NCBI GenBank assembly: GCA_002633005.1 | Contig: NMRA01000014.1 | Location: 796,955-860,954 of the forward strand | From: Phoronis australis | Lineage: Eukaryota; Animalia; Phoronida | Direction: 5' to 3' | DNA length: 64,000 nt | Shown here: in pieces, positions 37,201-46,592 of the stretch | Layout: every line of letters begins with the position of its first letter | Position numbering within the stretch: position 1 is the first letter of the stretch | Notes under the pieces: model-generated | Database searches by the model: none | Seen by the model: the letters and a program-made list of their open reading frames with translations, nothing else | Told to the model about the DNA's origin: nothing | Made by a program: the position numbers and the translations under genes

Positions 37201-40200
37201 GCGACAATTAATGTTTTCCTAGACAATAAAAATGCAGGTGTCAAATTTCATGTAGTAAAACAACATGAATGAAAGGGTCAAATTAGCAGGAGGTAGAAAC
37301 CGTATGAGAACAATATACATATTATCAGAATGAATGATCATGTCACTGACTCCAATAGAATATGAGAAATGATAAGTTACCTTTCGGTGTCATGAAGGTT
37401 ACAGAAACCACAAGCTTTCAGTATCATCTCTGGACCTTCGTTGGGTTGGCGGGTAACTGGGGCCTCACCAGTGTCTATTGCATCATCAATGTCATGTGTG
37501 ATAGGGAACAATTACAGTGCAAAAAGATATGCGAAGCAGTGGAAATCACTTAATTGAGACTCGGGTTACGATCTTCCCACCATCTACCAGAACGTATTAC
37601 CGATGACCCGACAGAAGTCTCATCGCATGACACATGACAATGATGACGCAACAGACACAGGCAAGGCCCCAGCTACCCGCCATTCCATTCCACGAAGGTC
37701 TCGAGATGAGAGCGAAAGCTAGTGGCCTCTAGATAAACTTCATGATTCCGAAACGTAACTTTCCATTGCTAATGTGTATTATTATTAGGAATTTGTTCAA
37801 GGAATTTCCTGCATGGTTTTGGAAGTGGGTAAGAATGTCAAGAATTGAAATGTACCTCTGTGAAATGTCAATATTTGACAAATGTAATTTGAAAGAATAA
37901 TGGGGCATCAAGTTGCGATTTTGCACATCAGTCCAGCTCCAAAATGGGCAATACAGAGAAACTGCAGGCTAAGTGGAAAAAACATAACAGGACATTGAGC
38001 AAGTGCATTTTGTCATACTGGGCTTACCTGTCAATCATCAGTTTAACAGGGTTACAAAGAGAATATGGAGTGCCTCGAGAAAAGGTTAAAAAACAACACT
38101 TTGTAGAAAATAAAGCATTCATCGTTCAAGCGGCAATTTAATCAGATAAAACCAAATATTCTGAAGAAAACTGGACCCAATATCTTCAGCTTGAAACCAA
38201 GCACTCAATGAAACCAAAAACAGACGAACTTCACAATTCATCGTTTGATATGTGAACTATTTATTTTTGCATTACATACCATTTGAGGTTTTCCTAAATA
38301 GTTCTCCCAATTTTGATGTTGCATTTAAGTAAAATGCAGACCACTCGTTATCTTGAAAATATTTTTCGTGTTGATTGTTGTTCCTGGGGGATTGTGCATT
38401 TATTACAGTCCATTGGAAAATGACCTGAACCCACCAGCAAAAGGTTTGGATCTTAATTCTGTATGCTCTCTAAAATCGCAAACATGATGTAGCCTAAGTC
38501 AGTCATTGGGTTTCCTCAATGGAAGTAAAAACGGAGGTCTTTTGCTGGGCCGATCACGTCACTTTCCATTGTTCTTTGGGTCATAAATAAATGGCATGGA
38601 AATGGCAATAAAAATGGATTAATGTATATCTCTAAGATAAACAGGAATCTAACTGTAAAGGTACAGAAACAGTTACTTTTCCCTTAACTTTTACTGTTAC
38701 ACCAAGACACAAGGCACTATATGAATTTAAATACCTTATCTCATAGGGTAAATACTAGTTCAAACATTTCAAAAGATGTTTACAAAATTAAGTAATGTGT
38801 AACGGGCAATAATTTTATCAAACTACAAGCATTGCTGAACACATTTTTATACCTCAGCCAAGAATTAAAATCATCGACTATTCCATCCATTTCTATAACT
38901 CAGAATTGCACCTGTGCTCAATTCTTACTTCAGAACCATCATAACGATGATTACCAGAGAGTTCCATGTGTCACTTAGCCACGAAAAATCATCACTTGTT
39001 AAATTGACCTCATATTTCACTTACGTACTGAACAAAATATATTTCAAAACATGAAATATACTTCCACTGTCTAAACTTAAAAGTTCCCTAATTAATTGAT
39101 CAAATATTCTAACTGACTAAAAGGTGGCGCTGAACAGAGAATGTAGTGGAAAATTGGAAAATAACACAAATTTACTATTTCTACGGATCAAGGTTGACAA
39201 TATTTTGATGACGCCAAATCAAAATATTACACTTGCAAGTTGTGTTTACCCTCAAACTCAACCAATGCTGAACAATGTCAAAAGGTGAAGCTAAAATTAG
39301 CGGATGCATTAAATTAGGGACCCAACCTCTGTGTCAGTGACCTTGATGTCTCCAATATCGGCCCTATTTCCCCATGAAAAATATTCAAAGATGACACTAA
39401 GTTCCCCTCATCAGACCCAATACTTCACCATCAATGAAAATTACACTCATGATTACTGGTTAGAAAATAACTTAAATCTTCTCTGTCTACTTGAGGCATT
39501 GCGGATGAGATGGGGGGACAACCCTGTGATGAATTGATGACCTCGGAGGGGGGTTTCCCCAACTAAACAACCCCTCTCAGCCAGTCTCAGGTGAGCGAGA
39601 GCCCGGTATGTACTTGCCAATGGGTCATCTAATTACTACAAGTGCTTTTTCAGAGATTTTGATGAATGAAGCTTAAACCCGGACGAAAAACAAAAATTGC
39701 AAAAAGCTGCAGTAAGGCAAAGTCATTGACACAAGCAAAGGTCAAGGAAATTCCACTTTTAAAAAATCCAAATAACTTGAATACATGGACAAAATCTGAC
39801 AACAAATTAAAAACGGATTAGTGAGAGAACACTTGTATTTCTAGTTTCTATATAGTGTTGATTCTTCTCGTATACGATCAATACAAGCCAGCAAGCTGGA
39901 CACGGATCAATACGAGAATAGAGCTGATTTAGTGACCGGCTTAACTACCTCAGTTAGTCTGCCTGTTATTAGTTCAATTGATGGAATCGGCAAGCCACAA
40001 GCAAATGGGGAACATTGCATAGAGAGGGACAAGAACTTCGAAGACAATAACTACCCACAATTTCTAGCAAAATCATAGTTCAGGGATACCGACAGACGTA
40101 ATATTTTATTTCGTAGCTCCTACGTTGCGATATAGTCAAAGCAAAACACATACCTTCGCACACGTATCCTTGTCCGATTAATCCCCACAATAAATCAGCA

Positions 40201-40319
40201 CAATGGTGGCAGTACGTTGGCTTATGGAAAGACTTCTTAGTAAAAAAATGCCCGTTTCCTCGAAACTTCGAATTTTCTAAGTCGTTTTCCTCGGAAATGG
40301 AATTATTTGCGGCAGCCAT
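3218..40319 (-). CDS. DGKQ: Diacylglycerol kinase theta-like gene, whole CDS span (22 coding exons, 2832 nt, 943 aa)
   Basis: Manually spliced exons all have GT-AG boundaries and consistent phases. The product has three C1 domains, RA and RRM-like regions, catalytic motifs [11 protein letters not shown] and [18 protein letters not shown], and accessory motifs MNSYFGIG and QVDGEPW. Three C1 domains define the type V (theta) DGK. Confidence 0.93.
4155..4680. repeat. ~21-bp minisatellite (AACTAGGACATGATGTGGGTC)
   Basis: Many degenerate tandem copies; explains the GQLGHDV ORF at 4507-4728. Confidence 0.9.
5388..5486 (-). CDS. DGKQ: DGK-theta exon 21
   Basis: TTGTAG| [33 protein letters not shown] |GTATTT. 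Confidence 0.93.
6391..6556 (-). CDS. DGKQ: DGK-theta exon 20
   Basis: TTTCAG| [55 protein letters not shown] |GTAAGT. Confidence 0.93.
7300..7670. repeat. Dispersed repeat, homologous to 24290-24660
   Basis: Shared blocks CTTCATGG(G)AAGACAGGA..TTGCTGCTAAAA, GGATACACCA.TACAT.GC.CC.CAGC and GGAATCCTGTATAAA.CCCTGAT in the same order. Confidence 0.75.
7937..8092 (-). CDS. DGKQ: DGK-theta exon 19
   Basis: TTGCAG| [51 protein letters not shown] |GTAACT. Confidence 0.93.
8310..8513 (-). CDS. DGKQ: DGK-theta exon 18 (accessory domain start)
   Basis: TTTCAG| WTVIFHPNE...[34 protein letters not shown] |GTAACT. Confidence 0.94.
8652..8885. mobile_element. hAT-like MITE (CAGG.CTTGGAAT ... CCAAGCCCTG), same family as 52472-53014
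   Basis: Matching TIRs; the right subterminal region also recurs at ~14860-14939; no clean TSD seen. Confidence 0.55.
10138..10246 (-). CDS. DGKQ: DGK-theta exon 17
   Basis: TTGCAG| (G)[35 protein letters not shown] |GTGTGT. Confidence 0.94.
10473..10621 (-). CDS. DGKQ: DGK-theta exon 16 (ATP-binding GGDG motif)
   Basis: TTGTAG| [49 protein letters not shown] |GTGCGT. Confidence 0.94.
10650..11160. repeat. GGT/GAT trinucleotide low-complexity array
   Basis: Directly visible; produces many spurious overlapping ORFs. Confidence 0.92.
12633..12784 (-). CDS. DGKQ: DGK-theta exon 15 (catalytic domain start)
   Basis: CTTTAG| [50 protein letters not shown] |GTACGT. Confidence 0.94.
12899..13160. 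repeat. 40-41-bp minisatellite, about 7 units, overlapping the exon 14 donor
   Basis: CCCTCAC-like motifs at 12899, 12939, 12979, 13019, 13059, 13100 and 13141. Confidence 0.85.
13148..13305 (-). CDS. DGKQ: DGK-theta exon 14
   Basis: TTGTAG| (E)[52 protein letters not shown] |GTGAGG. Confidence 0.9.
14501..14651 (-). CDS. DGKQ: DGK-theta exon 13 (start of RRM-like region)
   Basis: TGACAG| [50 protein letters not shown] |GTGCGT. Confidence 0.9.
15125..15238 (-). CDS. DGKQ: DGK-theta exon 12 (RA domain)
   Basis: TTGTAG| [38 protein letters not shown] |GTAGGT. Confidence 0.88.
15443..15545 (-). CDS. DGKQ: DGK-theta exon 11 (RA domain)
   Basis: TTTCAG| [34 protein letters not shown] |GTACGT. 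Confidence 0.88.
15663..15810 (-). CDS. DGKQ: DGK-theta exon 10
   Basis: GTGCAG| (G)[48 protein letters not shown] |GTAGGC. Confidence 0.88.
15967..16483. mobile_element. TTAA-flanked MITE (Kolobok/piggyBac-type)
   Basis: TTAA|GGTTATGTAGAACC ... GGTCCTACATAATC|TTAA; the right end recurs near 30141. Confidence 0.7.
16812..16884 (-). CDS. DGKQ: DGK-theta exon 9
   Basis: TTTTAG| [24 protein letters not shown] |GTGAGA. Confidence 0.88.
17458..17670. repeat. 23-bp minisatellite (CATAATTCCATACTCCAACCTCC), about 9 units
   Basis: Directly visible. Confidence 0.93.
18270..18638 (-). mobile_element. 5'-truncated LINE (L1/Tx1-like) ORF2 C-terminal fragment
   Basis: [17 protein letters not shown] is a CCHC zinc knuckle (zf-RVT type), followed by LWWEI...YFIHKC, typical of non-LTR ORF2 ends. 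Confidence 0.7.
20331..20425 (-). CDS. DGKQ: DGK-theta exon 8
   Basis: TTACAG| (E)[31 protein letters not shown] |GTAAGC. Confidence 0.9.
20900..21220. repeat. ~33-36-bp minisatellite (ACTGTGTGAGGACTGGCCAACACAACATGT..)
   Basis: About 9 degenerate tandem units. Confidence 0.88.
21354..21458 (-). CDS. DGKQ: DGK-theta exon 7 (charged linker)
   Basis: GTACAG| ..[34 protein letters not shown] |GTGAGC; phase-compatible with both neighbours. Confidence 0.8.
22276..22417 (-). CDS. DGKQ: DGK-theta exon 6 (end of C1c and extension)
   Basis: TCACAG| [47 protein letters not shown]; exon ends at 22276 or 22272 (two possible donors). Confidence 0.87.
23433..23570 (-). CDS. DGKQ: DGK-theta exon 5 (N-part of C1c)
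   Basis: TTACAG| [46 protein letters not shown] |GTAAGT. Confidence 0.92.
25191..25240. repeat. (GT)n microsatellite
   Basis: Directly visible. Confidence 0.95.
25281..25372 (-). CDS. DGKQ: DGK-theta exon 4 (C-half of C1b)
   Basis: TTTCAG| (I)[30 protein letters not shown] |GTGAGA. Confidence 0.9.
26008..26047 (-). ncRNA. Minimal type I hammerhead ribozyme motif in the Penelope-like 3' end
   Basis: RNA reads CAC-CUGAUGA-A-GGUCUU-GAGAU-GAGACC-GAAA-GC-UA-GUG: both core boxes intact, 6-bp stem II, palindromic AGCU at stem III, short CAC/GUG stem I. Confidence 0.65.
27051..27090 (+). ncRNA. Hammerhead motif copy with mutated core (GAAA to AAAA)
   Basis: CAC-CTGATGA-AGGTCTTGAGATGAGACC-AAAA-GCTAGTGG; same as the 26008-26047 copy except for loss of the catalytic G12. 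Confidence 0.5.
27522..27624 (-). CDS. DGKQ: DGK-theta exon 3 (N-half of C1b)
   Basis: TTTCAG| [34 protein letters not shown] |GTGAGT. Confidence 0.92.
32520..32945. repeat. ~59-bp minisatellite (CAGCTCTGTACATCAAAGAAGGCAGTGTCCACATCACC..)
   Basis: About 7 tandem units. Confidence 0.88.
33184..33605. mobile_element. MITE with TTTACACGAGA TIRs (PIF/Harbinger-like); inverted homologue at 48955-49369
   Basis: GCTTTTACACGAGAGAC ... GTCTCGTGTAAACG; internal block TCACTTA.ATGAAGACTGTCT.CACAT shared with the other copy. Confidence 0.7.
34294..34373 (-). CDS. DGKQ: DGK-theta exon 2 (C-half of C1a)
   Basis: TTGCAG| (V)[26 protein letters not shown] |GTAAGT; absent from the ORF track, read by eye. Confidence 0.9.
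34510..35520. repeat. ~42-bp degenerate minisatellite (GTCACTGAGCCTATTTACCTTGACACTGTGCTGCAGCAGTT)
   Basis: Many tandem units; includes a 369-bp duplication across the single n at 35195. Confidence 0.88.
37326..37767. mobile_element. Second inverted pair of the same Penelope-like 3' end (older, hammerhead cores decayed)
   Basis: 37373-37500 resembles 25975-26110, and 37555-37767 resembles 26920-27129 (GAAAGCTAGTGG...AAACTTCATGATTCCGAAACGTAAC). The tail CATATTCT..GGAGTCAGTG is on the - copy. Confidence 0.75.
40154..40319 (-). CDS. DGKQ: DGK-theta exon 1 (ATG; N-half of C1a)
   Basis: MAAANN...[33 protein letters not shown]; donor G|GTATGT, phase 1. Confidence 0.9.
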
Positions 40320-41879
40320 ATTTTCGTCGCAACTTTCAGTCTTGCAAAAATCGGTAGCCGCGTAAATCCCTTTATTTCCGTAAGATGCGACACGGAAGCT
40401 GCCAAGATCATCCAGTCTGGTGAATAAGGACTAATCCTTGTGCCTTTATACAACCATTTTACAACGACTACATGAACAGTTGACAAGTAAAACGTCCAAC
40501 TTTTTTATTTTTTCTTGCGGACAACCAGATTGCGGAAATGAATGAAAGTAGCTCAAGACGAGGCTGCAAATCTCTCTGCTTTCGACAGGGGACATAAGTC
40601 CGAGAAATCCATTTGGTTCACTTTGCAAACAAAAGACCTTCGCCAGTCAAAGGCCAGCTGTCGCCGAAACGCCAGTTCAATCTTAATATCTTTTTTAGAA
40701 ACACAGAACACGTATAATGCATCGATACAAGATATACTAAGCTTACTTTACATCGATTTAACTATTTTTCTATAAAACAGACGACATTAGCTCCTTTGGG
40801 TTATTTTTCAACCAACACGGCGGTAAAAGACTAAAGCTAAGTAACAAATTTGAGCAAAATTAAGTAGACTAGAACCAAAGTCTCAATTCTAAAGCGATTA
40901 AAGTAAAAATCTATAGCTAGAGGTAGACTACATGGCAAGTACCACCAGGTCAAACTGCTAAACCCTTGAGCCAGGTTTCTAGCTCCTCAGCTCGGTTTTA
41001 ACCATATATCAATAAAGCATAAAAATATTTCCAGGTGATCAGTGCAATGAGCCCACATGCGGGGCCTGCGCACGTCTGGTACAACGTCGACCGCCTGCAA
41101 TTATTTTTTATATTTTATAGACTACATGGAGTATGAAATAAATGAAATAAACGATAAAGACAACATAAGTAACTACGCAAATAGCCGGGCTATGGGCATG
41201 ATGTGATAATGATGATGATTATTCACAGACTACATTTACACTGTGCTCAATTTCTGGTCCGCAGTAGTCTCTGAAATGCGTTGAAAGACTGAGCGGCCCT
41301 GGCGGAACTAGTCCAGACCAGGGCGACAGTAAAAAATAACGTTGCCTTTTCACGTGTTTCTCTGTTCTCACTGTAGGTACGACCACATGGAGTATTTCGG
41401 CATACAGAAAAGAATATTTACCACCCCTCATTTGAAGGTAATCGTTTAAATATTTCGGCGATTTGCCACGAAATAAAAATTGCAGTATAATTCAACTTCA
41501 TGATTAAAATGAAGTGACAAATCTCATTTTGAGACAGTAAAAAAACTTTAACCCGCCTAGTCAAATCCTGACCTCATGAGAAAACTTACTTTTAACCACT
41601 AGCCATTAATTCAGAGAATTCGTCTTTCAATGCGTTTTTTTGAGACAACGGCCCAATTTCATTGTGACTGGCGCAAAGTTTAATCTGACACGCCTGTCCA
41701 GTCAGACTTGCACCCTCATTTCTTCGCTACAAGGCATGTGGGTAGACTATACTGATGTCCATACTTTTTGCTTGGAAGCTGTTTTTCTTGGAAGTATTCC
41801 CGTGAGTGTCAAGTAACTGTTCACAAAAAAAGTTATGGTTGACACGCATATGTAACTGTTCACATACAAAGAGCTACCG

Positions 41880-42300
41880 GCTACTGTTCACGCACTACTG
41901 TTCACGCACTACTGTTCACACACAAAAGTAACTGTTCACACACAAAAGTAATTGTTCACACACAAAAGTAACTGTTCACACACAAAAGTAATTTTTCACA
42001 CACAAAAGTAACTGTTCACACACAAAAGTAATTGTTCACACACAAAAGTAACTGTTCACACACAAAAGTAATTGTTCACACACAAAAGTAACTGTTCACA
42101 CACAAAAGTAATTGTTCACACACAAAAGTAACTGTTCACACACAAAAGTAATTGTTCACACACAAAAGTAACTGTTCACACACAAAAGTAATTGTTCACA
42201 CACAAAAGTAACTGTTCACACACAAAAGTAATTGTTCACACACAAAAGTAACTGTTCACACACAAAAGTAATTGTTCACACACAAAAGTTCTGTTCATAA
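41880..42300. repeat. 20-bp minisatellite (A[C/T]TGTTCACACACAAAAGTA) with a 40-bp higher-order period
   Basis: 18 units from 41931 to 42290 alternating ACT/ATT, preceded by 13-bp CTACTGTTCACGC-like units. Confidence 0.96.
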
Positions 42301-42519
42301 ACATAACTTGTTGTTGAGTACGTCTTATGTCACAATGAGACACAATTTCTACGAATGATAATACCTGGATGTGATTGTTTTTGTTTGCATAGTAAGATAT
42401 ATTGCATAGTTGGCCATTTGTAGTTGCATTTTATATGACAGTGACTGTTTACAAACGAATTGTAAAGATATAGCTTCTTTTACAGTTCAAAAACGTAAAA
42501 GATAAATGCTGTAGATCTG

Positions 42520-42759
42520 CGGCCCGTTCCAACAAACTGACTTAGCTAAGACAAATCTGATATTTTAGTAAATTTTAAAATAAAAGTTAAATTTGTCTCA
42601 AAACCAATTCAAGAAAAAGATTTTAAGTTTGACTTAAGTGTTTGACATAAGTTTTCTCTTAATTTTGACTAACTTAACCGAATGTAGAAGTTTGGAAGTT
42701 AAGAGAAATCTTAAACTTAAGTCAAAAATGAACTTAAGTCAGTTTCTTGGAACAGGCAC
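42520..42759. mobile_element. Harbinger-like MITE with ~25-bp TIRs and CTG flanking duplication
   Basis: CTG|CGGCCCGTTCCAACAAACTGACTTA ... TAAGTCAGTTTCTTGGAACAGGCAC|CTG. Confidence 0.65.
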
Positions 42760-44976
42760 CTGGTTTCTTTGTAGAAACACTAGGTTTACTCGAGCGTGTA
42801 CCGGTATATTTAGGGTGTACGCAGGCTTTGGAACAAAAATAGTGGGAAACGGTTTTACTGCGAACTAAAGGAGTTTTTTTCGGTACTCCAGAAATGCATA
42901 GCACAGAAGTTAGTGCCAAAGCCGACTTTAATCCCGTGTAGAGAACGACGCCATTGTAGGCCTACCTTTCATTTTTTGCCGGCCGCGAGCTTTCGGGCAC
43001 CCTTCGCATAGAGCTGTAACTGCTGGTCTGCGTACTGTGTTCAAATTGAAGACATTTCCATACTGTAGAAAACTGGAACAGCTCTTTCCGAGATCAGAAA
43101 CTACACGTATTTTGACTAATTTAAATAATTTGAGACCAACTTCATATACCGTAGGTGGTCTATATATATTTTTTTCCAAGACACGTACGGGTTTAATGCC
43201 GCGTTAAAATGATACTAAATTCTGTTTTGGTGATTCCAACCAATCCTCGTTCTGCATCATTAAGAGCGAGTTGTCATGTAACTCGCACAGAGCGTACGTC
43301 TAGCTTGTAGGTTTTGCAGAGTTTGAAGTGAGTTTTCAACATTTTCCAAACTTATGAATATCGACCTCGATTAGAGATAATTATTTCGTTTTAGAGTGAG
43401 ATGGATATAATATGTTAATAAGTCACTGTGGTTTTTTTTTTGTACTTCTAACACTGAGTTCAAATACAGTGAAATATTGCGTGGAAGCAATTTTCTCATC
43501 ATTTGTGCTATGAATAGAATAAATTCCAGATTCTGTAAAACATACATTTGCCCATATCCGAACAATGCTAATCAAAATAATATAATCCAACACCTAAAAC
43601 AAATTGTTCACTCAAGAAAAGAAAAAAAAGTTATAACGCCAGAGAAAAAATAATGGAACACCTAATCTTGCTACCGAACATGTGACCGTTTTGGTGAAAT
43701 GTGATCTAAGTTCATCGCAAGCGGCTTGCATAGGACTTCGGCCGACTTTGCGCTTGAGGGACTTCGCACCAGTAACCACGGCGAGCCGAAGAATATTCAT
43801 GCAGTTGCGTTTCTCTTCTAGCTATCCATTCGTGTAAACGATGCCACTTGTTGAAATTTTTACGTTGTTCAGTGCAAATTTGGGGTCCATGAGCAATAAA
43901 AACAATATGATTCAGAGCAACACCTTCCTGTTACTCGGCTTGCTATCTTTAGACGATCACGTCGCTGAATTGTAAGGAAATATGGACACTGACTATATAG
44001 GAAAAGATAGTTAGGCGACTTGTCAAAACAAAGGAAAACAACGGTAACGAATAGAAATAAGAAAGCAGAAAGACGCCCAATCCTTTTGTAACTCAGCCGG
44101 CTACGAACTAAATATTTAGTATTGTGTAATCGCACATCATTGGACATTCATGAACACCCAAGGAGGTCTTTTTGTCGGCCCAGGGGGTGGTTAAATGTAG
44201 GCGCATTCAATGGGCTGAGGATAAACCAGGTTTATACATACCTAGTTGTGATACCAACAAAAGAGAAACGCTATAATAGACTTAGGGCATTGTAATTACT
44301 CGGTCAAGTAACATGACCAAGCCAGTCTAATGCTGAACGTATCCAGCCACTTCGCATGCGACGAACATGGAGCTGATGGTTCTCATGATGGAATATAGCA
44401 ACTACCAATAGTGACATTTTCTTCGATCTGAATTTAAGCTGCATTGATTTATACTATAGGTGGTATTTTAATCAAGAATTTATATCATTTACACGTCAAT
44501 TCTCTTCACAATTGGTTGTATGAAATTCTAGGATCATTTTCCATGGGTTACGATATCAATAATAATCGCCTTTTAACAAGGGTTGTGAACTACAATAATG
44601 AAGCGGCTAGTGCTTATTTAGGAGTTACACAAAGCAGAGACATAAAAGAAATTGAAACGTATAATGGATTTGCGACCAAATCAAAGCAGGGCTTTGGAAA
44701 TGCCTTAACGACTGTAATGGGAATGGAACAGCGAACCACGAGTCCCCAGCAACGCGGTCTTCTCGCAGAACGAAGAGTCGCGGCAGTAACACTTTAGAAC
44801 GCACGTGTAGACGTGCTCATATATGAATTTGGTTTATCCAAATTAGTCCTACCGACGAACTGCTTTTTGGATTGGCAAACGGTGTCAAAAGCAAGACTTT
44901 TACTGTAGCAGACTGATAAACTGACGAGGAGTACAATTTAGACGACAAACGCCAGGGCGTTTCTAGATAGCACACC

Positions 44977-46011
44977 ATGGCAGCCCTCCAGCCGGCTCTC
45001 AATGGACAACCGCTGGGATGGACAGGCAAGCGTTATGTCTATCACAAGACAGCTGTATTTCCCACGAAGTCGACAGGATCCTACGTAAATATGCATAACA
45101 AAATACGACCACAGTTCCGCCCAAGGTCAAAGTGGGTGGCCGAGACTGTTCAGAAGCAGAAGGTAGAGACAGCTCCGCCCCGACATTTTTCAGCCGAGCG
45201 GCGAAACTGCGTCAGAGTACTGGAAGAGAACACCTTGTTGCCTGGCGATTATTCGGGTATTTGGAGTGTCCCAAGTTTCAAATTTCTCCAAGAATCTGTG
45301 AATCGTCTTCACGCGCCTCGTCAGCGGGATCTGCTCCGGTCTACTGAAATATTATGTGAAGATCTAGCAACACCGAAGCGCGGGCGGACGTATACTTCCG
45401 AAGAAGTTCAAGCTGTGGTTGACCGATTGGCCGCCTATGATCCCCAAAAATTTCCCGCCGACTCCAGAGGTACGAAATCTAGGCGTTCCTTTAAAGTTGT
45501 CAAAAAGTCATATCCAACCACTTTGAGCGACGCGGAGAGAGCTGTTGTAGACCGTTTGGCGAACTACGACAAAACAAAATGGCCAGCGGATTCCAAAACG
45601 CACGTGCGACCAGCTCCAGCTCCGCTCGAATGCTATGAAAAACCAGCGAAAAAATACAGCGAGGGAAAGATAAGCGAAGTATTTACACGACTTTCAACGT
45701 TTGATCCAAAGAAGTTCCCGGCCGAATCTCGCGGGTACCAACCGGAAATGCCAATCCATCCTGAAATCAGGCAGAGCAAACAAGTGTCGAATGATGAAAA
45801 AGACGGCATCATAGACCGTCTTGCGCGCTACGATGCCGAGAAGATTCCAGCAGAGTCGCGTGGCACTCTGCCGAAGATAAAGCGACACCCAGAGCTAAAG
45901 TCTGCGAAAAGAGTAGCGCCGGAAGAGATAAGCGAGATCGTTACAAGACTGGCTGCATACGACGACACAAAGTGGCCCCCAGAGTCCAGACCACACATTA
46001 AGGCAACTTAG
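44977..46011 (+). CDS. Uncharacterised intronless 344-aa protein with five ~43-aa repeats (core [VI][VIF][DT]RL..[YF]D..K[FWI]P.[DE]S[RK])
   Basis: Long ORF, GC-richer than its flanks, with ACCATGG start context. Repeats are conserved as protein but diverged as DNA. AATAAA at 46587-46592. Confidence 0.85.
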   Translation: MAALQPALNGQPLGWTGKRYVYHKTAVFPTKSTGSYVNMHNKIRPQFRPRSKWVAETVQKQKVETAPPRHFSAERRNCVRVLEENTLLPGDYSGIWSVPSFKFLQESVNRLHAPRQRDLLRSTEILCEDLATPKRGRTYTSEEVQAVVDRLAAYDPQKFPADSRGTKSRRSFKVVKKSYPTTLSDAERAVVDRLANYDKTKWPADSKTHVRPAPAPLECYEKPAKKYSEGKISEVFTRLSTFDPKKFPAESRGYQPEMPIHPEIRQSKQVSNDEKDGIIDRLARYDAEKIPAESRGTLPKIKRHPELKSAKRVAPEEISEIVTRLAAYDDTKWPPESRPHIKAT

Positions 46012-46586
46012 TCACATGATAACCCGAACTTCAAGTCATATTGTCGTCTTATTACCTGCACCTTAGGCTTAGGTCATTATTGTCCAAATCGATTTGCTCA
46101 CGTTTGTTAATCAGTGTCATTCTAGAAGTTTTCTCGCTGATATAATTTTAAAGTGTGTTATATATCTGTTAGAGATTGCGAGGGTTGTTGAAATATCCGT
46201 AGCTAAAACGTGATGTAGGCCAACCGTTTTAGTACATTGGCAATGCAATGTAGAAAAGTCACGTATAACCTGCAATAATTATAAAACTTGTTCACTGTGC
46301 CAAAATGTTGTACACTGCGCGTTGCAGGAAAAGCACACACAATTATTAGGCATCAAAATTTGCTAATAAGCCAATATAAAGGGTCGCGCATGCCATTTGA
46401 TGCGCTTGAGTACCAATTGAAAATTTCAACAGACCCTCAACACGATTTGGAATTGGCCAAATTTGCAAAGAAATGCCCTCCAACAGTCTAGTGGACGGTA
46501 ACTTCTAGTTATAATCGGATTCTCGTTTGTGCATGTCCTAGTGTAGTGATTCCACGTGCGTCTTCCCCATTATACGTTGTTTGATG

Positions 46587-46592
46587 AATAAA
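46587..46592 (+). terminator. Candidate polyadenylation signal of the 344-aa gene
   Basis: AATAAA about 575 nt after the stop codon. Confidence 0.4.

Noticed and set aside
41880-42300. Regular short repeats resembling a CRISPR array
   Set aside because: Units are contiguous with no unique spacers, there are no cas genes, and the context is eukaryotic; it is a minisatellite.
44530-44555. X-box-like TTTTCCATGGGTTAC upstream of the 344-aa gene
   Set aside because: Only a partial match to the RFX consensus; too weak to support ciliary regulation.
44444-44797. 117-aa ORF upstream of the repeat-protein gene
   Set aside because: Begins at TTG, has no recognisable motif or clear splice link; probably promoter or 5' UTR sequence.
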